Source of the DNA: Atractiella rhizophila
Lineage: Eukaryota
Length of the DNA: 52,448 nt
Assembly (NCBI GenBank): GCA_021432655.1
Contig: MU271325.1
Span: 39,468 to 91,915 of the forward strand
Reading direction: 5' to 3'
The translations under genes and the position numbers were made by a program. Below the pieces are notes generated by a model. It worked only from the letters and a program-made list of their open reading frames with translations. It was not told the origin of the DNA and did no database searches. Positions 12,195 to 23,828 of the stretch are shown here, one piece after another. Position 1 is the first letter of the stretch; the number at the start of each line of letters is the position of its first letter.

Positions 12195-12560
12195 CCCGAG
12201 GATGCTTCCTCCATGGCATCTGAAGAAAATTCCCTTAGTTCACGAACACTTTAAGTGTCCTTTTTTCTGTTGTTGTTCCATGTCAAACTGTCTCCCTGGC
12301 CGTGCATGCGAGTTGGATTATGCTACTGAGATCCTTTCCCGACTCTGGTAATCTCCTAACCGCAGATGTCATCAGCCGTCATATAAGCTTTAAACCGTGT
12401 CTCTTCGGACTGGAATGCCTACTCTCCCTAATGGATTGTGTATTTTGTGGAAGAGGAGATGACAATTCCAAAAATTTCTCAGAGACACTAGATTGCCAGA
12501 GGAACAAATGAAAACAAAGGAATATGTGTACGAAAACGTTGAAAAGGATAGCTGTGTTGA

Positions 12561-12585
12561 NNNNNNNNNNNNNNNNNNNNNNNNN
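12561..12585. other. Assembly gap (25 N)
   Basis: Run of N exactly at the junction between the two 7.5-kb copies. Confidence 1.
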
Positions 12586-12596
12586 CATGATTGCAG

Positions 12597-13758
12597 GCTC
12601 GCCTGCTATCATCACGCCTAAGCACCTTATGCGCATGAATATGGGCACTATACAAGGGGGATCGGATTCTCTACTTTCTCAATTCCTTAAGGATTTCGGG
12701 CGAGTCCTCCAATTTATTGCCTGCATATTTTACCTTATTGCACGTCAAAACAGGAACACGCTCCTTGAGAAGTACAAACCTAAAGCGATCCTTGTCTTCT
12801 CTGCCCATTGGGAAACATATGAGGAACGACTAGTCACAGACTATGGAGACTCAAATCCGCTGCTCTACGACTATTATGGGTTTCCGAAGGAAATGTATGA
12901 GTTTAAGTACGAAAGTAGAGGGGATCAAGCACTCTCCCAGCGCGTAGTCGAGTTGTTTAAACAGGTTCGTACCTGCCCTCTCGTCCCCATGTGGAAGGCA
13001 AAATTCACCTATGTCACGAACCGTAGGCTGGTTTGAAAGCGAGAACGACTACCGTCAAAGAGTCAAGAGGCCAGTGCGGAAGCAACCGCTTTCGAGAAGC
13101 CGACTCAGGTCTAGATCATGGCCCGTCCCTCGTCTTCACTGTAACCGAACATAAATGTTGATGGATTGGGCAGGTGTCTTCGTCCCATTTATTCACATGT
13201 TCCCCAATCCTCAGATCCCTATTGTCCAAGCATCAATCGACTCCTCACTGGAGCCAGAGGATGAATGGAAAATAGGACAAAGCGTTACAGCTCTCCGGTA
13301 AGTTAATTTTTGCCTTCGCGAGAGGAAAAACTCAGTTCAAATCAAGGGATGAGGGAATTCTAATCCTCTCCGGAGGTCTCACGATCCATACATTTCGAGA
13401 TCGGAGTGCGTTCAATCCAGATACAGCTGCTCCTGTACGGTCCTTCTTCCATTCACTCAAACGCTAAAAAGGCTACAGATGTATCACGAGTTCCTCCAAG
13501 AATTTCACAAGGCAGCCTTGGTAGAAGATGTGTGTTTCTTCCTTTGTAACCTCAGTGGTGTGATTAACAGGTCGGACGTAGGACGCTCAAAGAAAGAAAG
13601 ATCTTTTCGCTTTGGCGCGTCATCCCACATTTCGGAAGGCTCATCCCAGAGAAGATCACTTTGTTCCACTTTACATTGGTGCCGGAGCAGGAGAGAAGGG
13701 GAAGACGTTGTTATTGGAGGGGATGTACGGGACTGGAACCATTGCTTTTGGACTGTAG
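12597..13758 (+). CDS. LigB/DODA-type dioxygenase, copy B, 5'-truncated by the gap (exon 1 missing)
   Basis: Near-identical to exon 2 onward of the 4758-6194 gene; begins just after the intron-1 acceptor. Confidence 0.85.
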
Positions 13759-14051
13759 ATTATGAGCAATTTGTATTAACGCAGAATATAACCTACCTGC
13801 CAAAGACACCCGGCGAGTAAAGACATCTGGATTCCTTGATGCATTATAAACACCCTTCTGTTCGATGTCAAACAATGAAGCAATGCTATGGGTTCTTGAC
13901 GTCTTTATACAGATTTTAAACTTGACAAGTCTGAAGGTTTAGGTACAGAAATGCAATACAACATGAATGAATGATTCTAGTCGGCCATGACCAGTCAAGA
14001 ACCGCTCAGGCTTGAATTGGGCACATTGCAACAGCTGGCCACGTTCCACGA

Positions 14052-16516
14052 TTACCAGCCAAACGTTTCAGAATGGAAGGTGACACCTCCGCTAGACAGT
14101 ATTCCCAAAATGAACAATGGATCCCACGAGACATAGAACTACGTACGCTTTCAAAAATCTCCCTTTATTCACACTCCTTACGGCATATTTCGCGCCGCTA
14201 ACTAACCCTTGGGGACCACAGACGGCAACGAGGACTCCGCCACTTCGTGGGATGTCGGGGTAGATGGTGTCGCTCACAAGTTCATTGAGGATCTTGTCGA
14301 GATTTGGGCGGGAGGAATATATGTTCGCGCACTCCAGAGTGGCGTACGGCGCATTCGTTGGGCCAGTCACTAATCAATAACCGGTGAGGCTGAGGCTAGG
14401 TGTTTTGAACAAAGTACCATAAATTTCTATCTTCAAGTCCAAATGAGCTGAGGTTTTAGCAATTTGACCCAATCCAGATAGGCGGTCTTGTACCCATGCA
14501 ATGGCAGCTGCAACATCCGTCAACATCCGTCAACTGTTATTCCAGGTTGGAAAAAGGAGAAGCTGACATTGATGCTTGACTGTCCAAACAAAGACCACAT
14601 TTCTCGTCCTCGCCGCTCCACTCTCGATTTGATGCACAAGGTCCTCAAGAACAGAGAGCCCAAAGGAGATTCCGCTCCCTCCTACGGCGATTAAGACGCT
14701 CTCCTTCTCTGCCGCATCATTATACATCAATCCTCCATATGGACCTGTCACAACCCAACTCAGTGCGCATCTCTAGCGAATGAGAGAAGAGATCTGACCG
14801 TGCACCATGACCTTTACATCTTGCCCCTGTTCTCGCATCGTATTGACCCTACTAACAGGAACAGGAACAATGGTAGCCGTCATGCCACTCTTCTCTTTCT
14901 TTTCAAATCCATAATCGTGCATACCACCTGATGCAGTCCTCAGCAGACTTGCCGACGGGAGGTTCTGGATATGAATGGGGAGCGACATATCATTTTCCTT
15001 TCCGCTCCTCGTCAACGGGCTTGCCAGTCGGTTGAGATGTGCTGTAAAGTCTCCAGCAGACTTAACGAGAAGCTCGAGAGCTTGTTTCCCCCTGGAGTGA
15101 ATGTTCCTCGATGTTCTTTCGTGCAAAGCGGAGGCCACGCACCTGAAAGGAGAACAGCTCGATGGCGCATTAGCGATGGTGAAAGGGTGGCTTTCCAACA
15201 GCCTCAAGTTCAAAGTCCGTATCCAGACGTGTTGGCCAGCTCTCCATCCATCACCAATGGCAGGTATCTCGATTTTCTGCAAAAATTCGGAATTCAGTTC
15301 TGAATTCTCGAGGTAGATAAGAGACTGACCGTCATATCCCCCGGCAAAGCGACAACCTTCGCAGTGTGAATTCGGGTTTTAATCACTCGAGAGAGCAGGT
15401 CGAAGCCGTATATTGCTAGGACGGCGTAAGTAAGATTGCGGACGAATTCGACGTGGTAGCTGTTTGCAGAGCTGTGAGTCGTTATACAAGAAGGAAATAA
15501 GCTGCTCACTTGACAGCGACGAGAAACGAGATCCAACCGATGATATGACTACAGAGCTCAATTCTCAGCCTTCTGTTTTAATGGACGAGGAGGACGGAAA
15601 GACAAACCAGTAGAGGAAAACTTGATAAGCATAGGTTCTCACGGGTCTCAATGAAGTGAGCCAAATCCATGCGAGGGCGACGCCGGCAACAGTTCCAGAA
15701 CCGTAGGTGGGATTGGAGAAGGAGTAGTTGTCCTTCACTATCTTCAAGTAGAAACCGGCGTGGAGAAGACCGCAGACAATTATCAGGAGTCCGCCCCATC
15801 GATGGAGGAGGTTCAACTACAATCACGGGTAAACACCAGAGGGACAGAAAGGGGGAAGTAGAGAGTGAAACGAACCTTTTCGTACCCTTTGCCGATAAAT
15901 GAGGCGACGGTGTTCTTGCTGGCGAAGAGGATGACGAATGGAAGCTGGGCAACTCTACATCCACAATACAGCCGTCAGCTTCAGTTCCCGGAAGAGGAAA
16001 AGAATCATACGAAACCACTCCGTATCTCTTCGGACTTTCCTGCTTGAGTTGCTCAAATCCACCATTGGCCAGCAACCCCCAAACGATGAATCCTGCGTAC
16101 ACGGCGCAGACGCACGCTTGTCCAATTGTAATGTTGAGATAAGGGATGTCGCGGAGAAGAGTGGCGTTGTAGAGGTACCGAGCACTTTCCAAATAGTTAA
16201 GCGAAGCAGAACTATGAGAGAGAACTCACTGGAGGAAGAGCGAACGCTCGCTCAGCGGCTCAGCCCTCTCCGCTCTGTCATATCCACTCCTCAAGGTCCA
16301 TCCTTGTCTCCATCTCCCCGTATGGGTTTGAAAGAATCTCGCGAGGATGGGAATGAATAGAAGGAACAAGGAACCATAGAATATGAGGAGGCCGTAGTCC
16401 ATGTGCTCCAACGTGAGGGTGTGAAGACCAGGATCTCCCCCGCCACCTTGTGGAGGACCGCCAGGAGCCCCACCAGCGCCAGCGCCAGTTGGAGGTTGAG
16501 AGGGAGGCGAGGACAT
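14052..16516 (-). CDS. Ferric/cupric reductase, copy B
   Basis: Same motifs as copy A with a few substitutions (NDPAE/NDAAE, ERGAA/ESGAA, SPLHE/SALHE). Confidence 0.9.
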
Positions 16517-17925
16517 AGCAATGTATGGGATCTAAGGAATAGAACAGGCAGTGATGAATTGAATCGATCGTACGATTCTTTTCGAGCGAAATAGAAACGA
16601 CAGGAGGTAGTAAGGTGAGGTGGTAAATCAGGCCACGGGCCTTTTGAGTAAGGAACTGAAACGAGGAACTGAAACGAAAATAAAGAGGGTTGACAGGGTT
16701 TTTGAAGCCCCTGGTATCAACCATCAAGGGTAGCTGCGAACAGCTGCGAGGGACGGGATGATGACGGGAGGCTAGAAACACAAAAGACTAATTGCACTAA
16801 CGGTGTTATGCCGCTCCTTTGCCTCACAACTTTTCCGTATCGACAGCAAGGGGTAATCAATCTTCCACATCATGCAGTCACAGCCAAGAGTAAAGTGTCA
16901 GCGTTCAGGTAGACATGAAGAAGCTCTGCGGTCTTGTGATAGTAGCAACGGGCAACAGAGAATAAGGAGACGAAATGAAGGATCCGATGGTTGTTACGTC
17001 CATCAAATCAGCTCCCCTGCTGCGCGTAGCTGCTGCAGAGAGACTGCGATTGGTCAAGAGTTGGCCATGAAAGGAAGTGCGGTGTCAGGCCACAAAGGAG
17101 TTCGCTCCAAGTAGTCCACCTATTCTGCCTTAAGTAAATGTAGGTACCCGTATCTGAAGAGCCAGCGTCCTGAGTGTTAGGGAGCGAAAGAATACTGGAA
17201 AGAATAGTGTGAAATCTTGAAATAAAGCAACCGCAGTCACATGACCTCGCTACAAACTCGAAGAGTGGAAGGTTGATTCGGTTGCACTAACCACCCTGTT
17301 CAGAATATTAATATGGGCGAGGCGAGGGAAGTAGAAGAAGTGGGGTAGAAAGGCAGTAAATTTGGAGGTGCCATTGGTCTGATGGGTTAAGTCATTCACT
17401 CCGAGTACCCTTAGATATCATCAATATCATTAGTATTATTGTCAACTAAATCCATGATGGACGCACGACAAAAAAACTGGTCTTTCTGCTGTGTGCAGAC
17501 TGTGCGGAGCTGTCTTTCATTTTATTGGACTCTACCTTTAGGCAATCAGTGTGAAAGCTTTTGCATTGACTTTTCTAGCGTCCTAAAATCCCCCCCAATC
17601 AATCATAATCATTCCTCAAATTCAAGTAGTCATGAGCATTCCATCCTGATTAACACTGTTGTTTGCTTTATTGCAACTGCACGATCACACCCGCTACGCT
17701 AGCTTACCACGCCGAATGCATGGTGTAATATATAGTCAGATCCTATAGCTCTCTATCCTCATCCCATTCCTCTGTACGAAACGCGACATGTGCTCATCCC
17801 ACCGTTTTCAGCAGACAAGCCAAAAAGAAAAGTTTGTCCTCTTCGTAAATCAAGATATGATAAAGATATAAGAGCCTGAGCAGAAGTCGCCTGCCTGCAC
17901 GTAAACTCGCCGTGCGAAGTTTAGG

Positions 17926-19739
17926 ATGGCAGACCCTACCCAATTTCTTCCACCTCAAGTTCTGGAGGAAATCACCGAAGCGCTGAGAACAGCGAGGACG
18001 TATCAAATTGTCATGGCTGGTGCGCTTGAATGTCCAACTGAGATGTTATTCAATAACTTTGAGATCGTCAGGCATTTACTTCTGGGAATGGACGTGGGTT
18101 CTCTTTTATTATAGGTATCTCCAGGGAACAAATAGATGACCAAGTCTTGGCAATTCCAGTGTAACATTGCCGCAGGAGTACAATCGAATCTGGTTGGTCA
18201 TTTTATGGAAAACGATAGAGATGTTGAAAGACGATCATTAGGAAAGACAAGGCGAGACGATGGACTCCAGTCAAGGTTGCCTTTCTATTTGTGCGACATT
18301 TCACTCTTTTATTCCAAGTTGGTTGTCCCTTCTGCCCCTTCTAACCGTCTTCCAGAGTTGCCTGATGCAATATAGGTTTTCAACACCGCCCTGTTCTGGA
18401 CCGTCATCCCTACATCAACATGCCACTGGTTGCACTTTTTGCAGCCAACATTTGGAGTGCGTCGTTTCACTTCTCTTTAATTGCTGGTTCTGAAGGGGAA
18501 GTGGGAGTAGCTGCTGGTTTACAGTACGCTCGTAATGGCTATGACGCTAAAAAATAGTTCTGATGGTACCTGACAGTCTCGGAAGCTATCATTCTTTCCA
18601 TCCGAGTATCAGTAATGTGGGAGCATCAACAATGGGTCTCAATCTTCCTGTACGTCTCCCTCGGTCCCTCCGCTTCGTATTTCATCTGACTATACCACTG
18701 GCTTCAGCGGGCTTTTAGCCACAATTGTCGGTATTGCAACAACGGTTTCGTTTTCCCACGACGTACCACTGCTGATTCCACCCGGAGAGCCGTGCGTCAT
18801 TACTCTAAGTCGTCCACATTGTTGAGGTAGAGGCGTTTAGGGGATGCATCTCCAACGGCGGAGCGGAACCATATAGTAGCATTTTTTGTGCATTCTTCAC
18901 AGCCATATTATTTGTGCCGCTAAAATGCTGACGTTAAACATGGGATAGGGGTCACACCTCTAGCGTTTGACACGTTAGTTTACCTTCTAGAATCAATATA
19001 CTAACTGAAATTGGCTAACAGCGTCGTTTTGGTACTAACTCTTATGTGCGTCTTCTCTCTGGTAGTTTTATGATCAACTTGTTAAGCTTTCAATTGTGCA
19101 GACCTGTACTAAGGTATTGGAGAAGTGGAGGACAGATTCCAATTCTTACACTCATCGTGAGGTATGTCGCAATTCATTCCATCATTTTTCTCTGCTGATA
19201 TCGTTCAGGGACGGCGTGATTTATTTCATCGTTGTATTCACGGTTAACTTTATCAATCTGGTCTATTATTTTCTTCCTTCAGTGCAAAACCAGTGAGCAA
19301 CACGTTGTTCGCGTTGTCAGCCTGCTTATCCTCCCTTCCAGCGCCCTAAACGCACCATTGGCAGCAAGTATACCTCCTATTATGTGCTCCCGCTTGGTTT
19401 TGGTCTGTCTCCTTGTGACCTCTCCTTCTACATATCCATACCTAAGTGTAATGTGGATAGAACATGCGCGGTGCTCGCGAATTCGGCGGCTCCAGCTCTC
19501 GCTCTCGCTCTCACTCTCATTCACTGCCCTACGAGAAGGATAGTCAATCCAAGAAAGCAACTGACAAAAATCGAAGCACAAGCTACCCCCTAAATCAAAT
19601 ATCTCTCCCATCTCCCACTTCGGTTGTCATCATTACAGCACCAGGGTCGCTCACGAACGCCCCTAGCGCCGCAAGCCGTGACATTCTTTCGCCCAAACAC
19701 CAAGATATAGAGATGTGGAGTACGAGTGACGGAAGGTAA
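17926..19739 (+). CDS. DUF6533-like multi-pass membrane protein, copy B (3' reading frame appears intact)
   Basis: Spliced peptide ...VFTVNFINLVYYFLPSVQNHALNAPLAASIPPIMCSRLVLNMRGAREF... through to WSTSDGR*. Confidence 0.7.
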
Positions 19740-21138
19740 CCCGAGGATGCTTCCTCCATGGCATCTGAAGAAAATTCCCTTAGTTCACGAACACTTTAAG
19801 TGTCCTTTTTTCTGTTGTTGTTCCATGTCAAACTGTCTCCCTGGCCGTGCATGCGAGTTGGATTATGCTACTGAGATCCTTTCCCGACTCTGGTAATCTC
19901 CTAACCGCAGATGTCATCAGCCGTCATATAAGCTTTAAACCGTGTCTCTTCGGACTGGAATGCCTACTCTCCCTAATGGATTGTGTATTTTGTGGAAGAG
20001 GAGATGACAATTCCAAAAATTTCTCAGAGACACTAGATTGCCAGAGGAACAAATGAAAACAAAGGAATATGTGTACGAAAACGTTGAAAAGGATAGCTGT
20101 GTTGATTGGAAAGGAGGACGAAGATGTCTTAGTAGGACATAGTCCCCTCCTTTCCCAGGCCCGCTGACAGCCTTGGAGCCCTCTTGCGAGGGCCAAAAGC
20201 CTTTCTAGGACATGGTGTAGGTTGTTTGGTTGTGAGAAAGTCGGGTTTATTAAAATTAATAAGGGGTGGGGTAGTGATGAGTGGAGAGTTTTTGGTATCC
20301 TAATAGTGCTTACTACCTTCGCATATGATTTATATGCTGGTGAACACTTTAAATTGTGGATGTTATCCTCGTCAAGCTAGTTCTCTTTGCTGGTAGGACA
20401 GTAGCCCTCGATTATTTTGGGACTATCCTAGTTCTCACAAAAACAGAAAGTAATGATAAGCCAAAACATTCATCATCCATTCTCCCACCTCTCGCCACAA
20501 AATGGAAGTACCACATGAACAGATTTTCTGCTAATTATACAACAGTTGACAATTCGTTAACCTGCCCTTCATGTGTATGTATAACTCAAAAAATGGACCA
20601 ACCTCATCGACTCGACTGAAAAATTTAACCCAAACGCCTAGACCGAATGAAGAAGAAAGGAAGAAGAAAAGGAATGAACGGTCAGACAAGAATTCTATCT
20701 CTTCGCCTTCATCGACTCCTCAAGTTCGAATTCGCGGAGGAATGGGAGAACAAGCAAGCATGGACTGAAACGGGAGGAGAAGGAAGGATGCCAAGAAAAA
20801 GAACAACCAACATTGGTCTCTTAATAGGTAAGGAAGGTCTACAGTCTCAATCCCAGCCCTCGCAGGACTTGAAGAAGAAGAAAGGAAAAGAAGGAGGAAT
20901 GCTCGCGGAAATAATTCACCACTAAGTACGCAAGTAAGGATGAATGAGGATATAGAATAACCGAAGGACGTTAGTTTCGTTCGTGGTGGTGGTGGTGGTA
21001 TGATAAGTCAGATCGTTGATACATGTGCTGAATAGAGATGAGACGGAGGGACAGCCAGGATGAGGTCGTGGAATTAACATGAGGGTGGAAAACAAGGTAC
21101 TGGAACGGTGAGATGCTTCGAGTCGCCATACGGATGTC

Positions 21139-22939
21139 CTATAGGATTCCTGAGTCCCGAAGCGCGTTCTGTAAAATCGTTTCCTTCACAGCCGCGAACA
21201 CTAATCGAATCTATTCCTTCTGGTCAACAATGGCCCTGATGGTGGGATGGGGAGGAGAGAACGAACATTGGATGTATCCGTTGCCTGCGTAAGATGAGGA
21301 TAAACGCTCAACTTTGCTCTATTCAGCTGGTTAAACCGCCACAAGATGTACTTCGCCGCCTTCCCGACATCGTTGCCTCCTATATTCACATCAAGGTTAG
21401 CGTCCCTCATTCAGTGAGGGAAAGACGAACCAGAGTACTCCGGAAAGTATTGGTTGAGAGGTACGCGCGGTAACTTGGCCCGAAACAAGTCGATCTTGTT
21501 CAAGAATAAGATGATACTCGTTCGAATGAACCAACGCGAGTTGATGACCGACTCGAAGAGGAGTAACGATTCGTCCATCCGGTTCTGTATCACACACACT
21601 GTGAGGATGACCGTACCAGTAGAAAAGGAGCGAACACACTTGTGAATTCTCTTCCAACAGCACCTGATCGTATTCGCTGAGCGCGACACAAAAGATGATG
21701 GAGGTGACGGCTTCGAAACAGTGTATCCATTTCTTCCTCTCACTACGTTGTCCACCGACGTCAAACATGCTGCATTGCCATCACAAACATATCAACCATA
21801 GGTGGCAAGTAGGGGATGAAGAGAATACGAACTGTATGCTCAGCGGTCCACTCTTGAAATGGGTCTCAGTGATTCCCGTCGTCTTCGTCCTCGCATACAG
21901 GTAATCATCCATCGTGGGCACGTATCCATAGGCACCGATACGCTGAATATTATCGAAGAAGCTGCATCCATCTGCATCAACGTTCGCTCCCCAACTGCGG
22001 TGTATGGAGAACAAGGGAAAACAGAGAGGAGGAGGAAGACTGACTAGGGTGCACTATCCATCAAATAAAACTGGTTCGCCTTCTCCAAAACCTCTCCAAT
22101 CACTTCGTCAGCCCACAACTCTTGGATTGCCTTGACGATTCCATCCGTCAAATTCGAGTGCATCTCTCCCGGCGAATACTCCGGCTCGACGGGTGCGGAA
22201 GGGGACGAGTACGGTGAGGGTTGGAGCGGGGAGGAGAGAGGGGATGAACCGCCTGATGGAAGGAGGGTGAGAGTGACGGATTCGAGACGGTAGGAGAATA
22301 TGCGCTCCGCGTTTGCCTAGGCGGCATGTGCATCATGGTTAGAATAGGTGCGGGATGCGGAGAGAAAGGAAGGAGGGACAGACTCGGTTCTCTGTTGTCT
22401 TTGGTTCGAGATTGAACTTCCGTAGAGCAAGGACGATGGCCTATTCGCCATCCATCCATGTCAGTGCCTTGTTCAGTAAGGAGTGAGGGAAATATTACTT
22501 GTGCAGATTCGATGATGTTCTTGTATATCGTCATCCGGGCCAGCAGCAGCTCGTCTCTTGAATACCCACCCTGGTGGATAATCTTCATCTGTTTCACAAC
22601 GGTGGACTTTCCCGATTCTCCAGAACCTAAAACAGCATCAATACCTGCTATGCTGCTAGTGGAAGAAGGAGGTAGAAAGGCTTGCCTAGTAATAAGATTT
22701 TACACTCCTTCCTAAACTTCCTCGCATCCTCATCGATTTGTTTATCAATCGCCACATTCCGTTGTCGCAATCCATTTTCTGTTCCATCAAACACCCAATG
22801 CACGCGATACCCAACACAACACAATTCAAATGCGACGACGAATTCAGTTAGTTGGGAGAAGTAAGGGATGATAGCAGGAAGACGCACCGCCTAGCGGATG
22901 AGGAGGGATGGAATCTTCTGTAGAGAGGCAGCCTCCCAT
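21139..22939 (-). CDS. gpa3: Heterotrimeric G-protein alpha subunit, fungal class III (cAMP-pathway type: Ustilago Gpa3 / Cryptococcus Gpa1 / Neurospora GNA-3); multi-exon
   Basis: MGGCLS myristoylation/palmitoylation start; [71 protein letters not shown]-terminus [16 protein letters not shown]. Confidence 0.96.
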
Positions 22940-23828
22940 GGTGCTCGTTTCCTAACTGCGTGATTGGAGGAAGCCGTGTATCGGGGGAGGAAAGACGCTG
23001 GAGAGATCGGTGCAAAAGCAAAGAGGGCTATTAGGAAGTAAGAATGAACTTGTCAGCCAGAAGCGGGAGTGGAGTGAACGGGAATGAACGGGAATGAACA
23101 GTGGGAGGTAAAGCTTCCCATTCCCATGTCAGATATGGACATGTGTCCGTTATGTGCCAAATGAGCTGGGGGAGGATGACATCCCTCCAATCATCTTCCC
23201 AGGTATGGAGAAGACAACCGGCACGACTTCCGCTCCGCACTCCGCATCGCATCTCCACTCGTGCAAAATGAGCATGCATCACATACCTGCAGCCTGACCA
23301 AGGACCAAACAATGCTCTGCTCAATCACTCTCTTCTCGAGGTCCTCCGATGTCGGGGGATAGAATCCTTCGAAGAGAAAGGCCTAAATCGAGACGGCGCA
23401 GAAGGGGATACGTCGGCTCTCGTTCGAGTTCCCAAATCCGTCCTCCACTCAACTTTCCTTTGGCAGCGCAACGGGTGATGTAGTCTCTTCTCGGCCGTGG
23501 CTGCTGGGGTGGGATGATGGCGTGGATGCGGCGCTGGAGGAGACGACGAGTAGCTGGCGGGAGAGTGGAAAGGAAAGAAGACGAGCGAGGAAGAAGGTGG
23601 AGAGCGTAATTTGAGACTAATTAATCGGCTATTACGTACACACGTGACAGTTATTTGGTTCCATTTATCCCTCCGGAATAGCGGAAGCCTGTTCTCTTCT
23701 TCCTACATTAACTGTCATCAGCATGCATCAGCAGTCGCAGTCAGAACTATAACTGCCACAAGCGAACGATACTTACTTGAGCCTGCCACCCCTCATAACG
23801 CCACCCATAACCCTAGCTCCAGCTTACG

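Larger units (their letters stand above)
5022..12560 (+). repeat. Copy A of a ~7.5-kb tandem segmental duplication (dioxygenase minus exon 1, ferric reductase, DUF6533-like gene)
   Basis: 5022-12560 aligns colinearly with 12586-20105; the copies differ by scattered SNPs and small indels. Confidence 0.97.
12586..20105 (+). repeat. Copy B of the ~7.5-kb duplication
   Basis: Starts CATGATTGCAG (= 5022) immediately after the gap and matches copy A through GCTGTGTTGA (20105). Confidence 0.97.
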
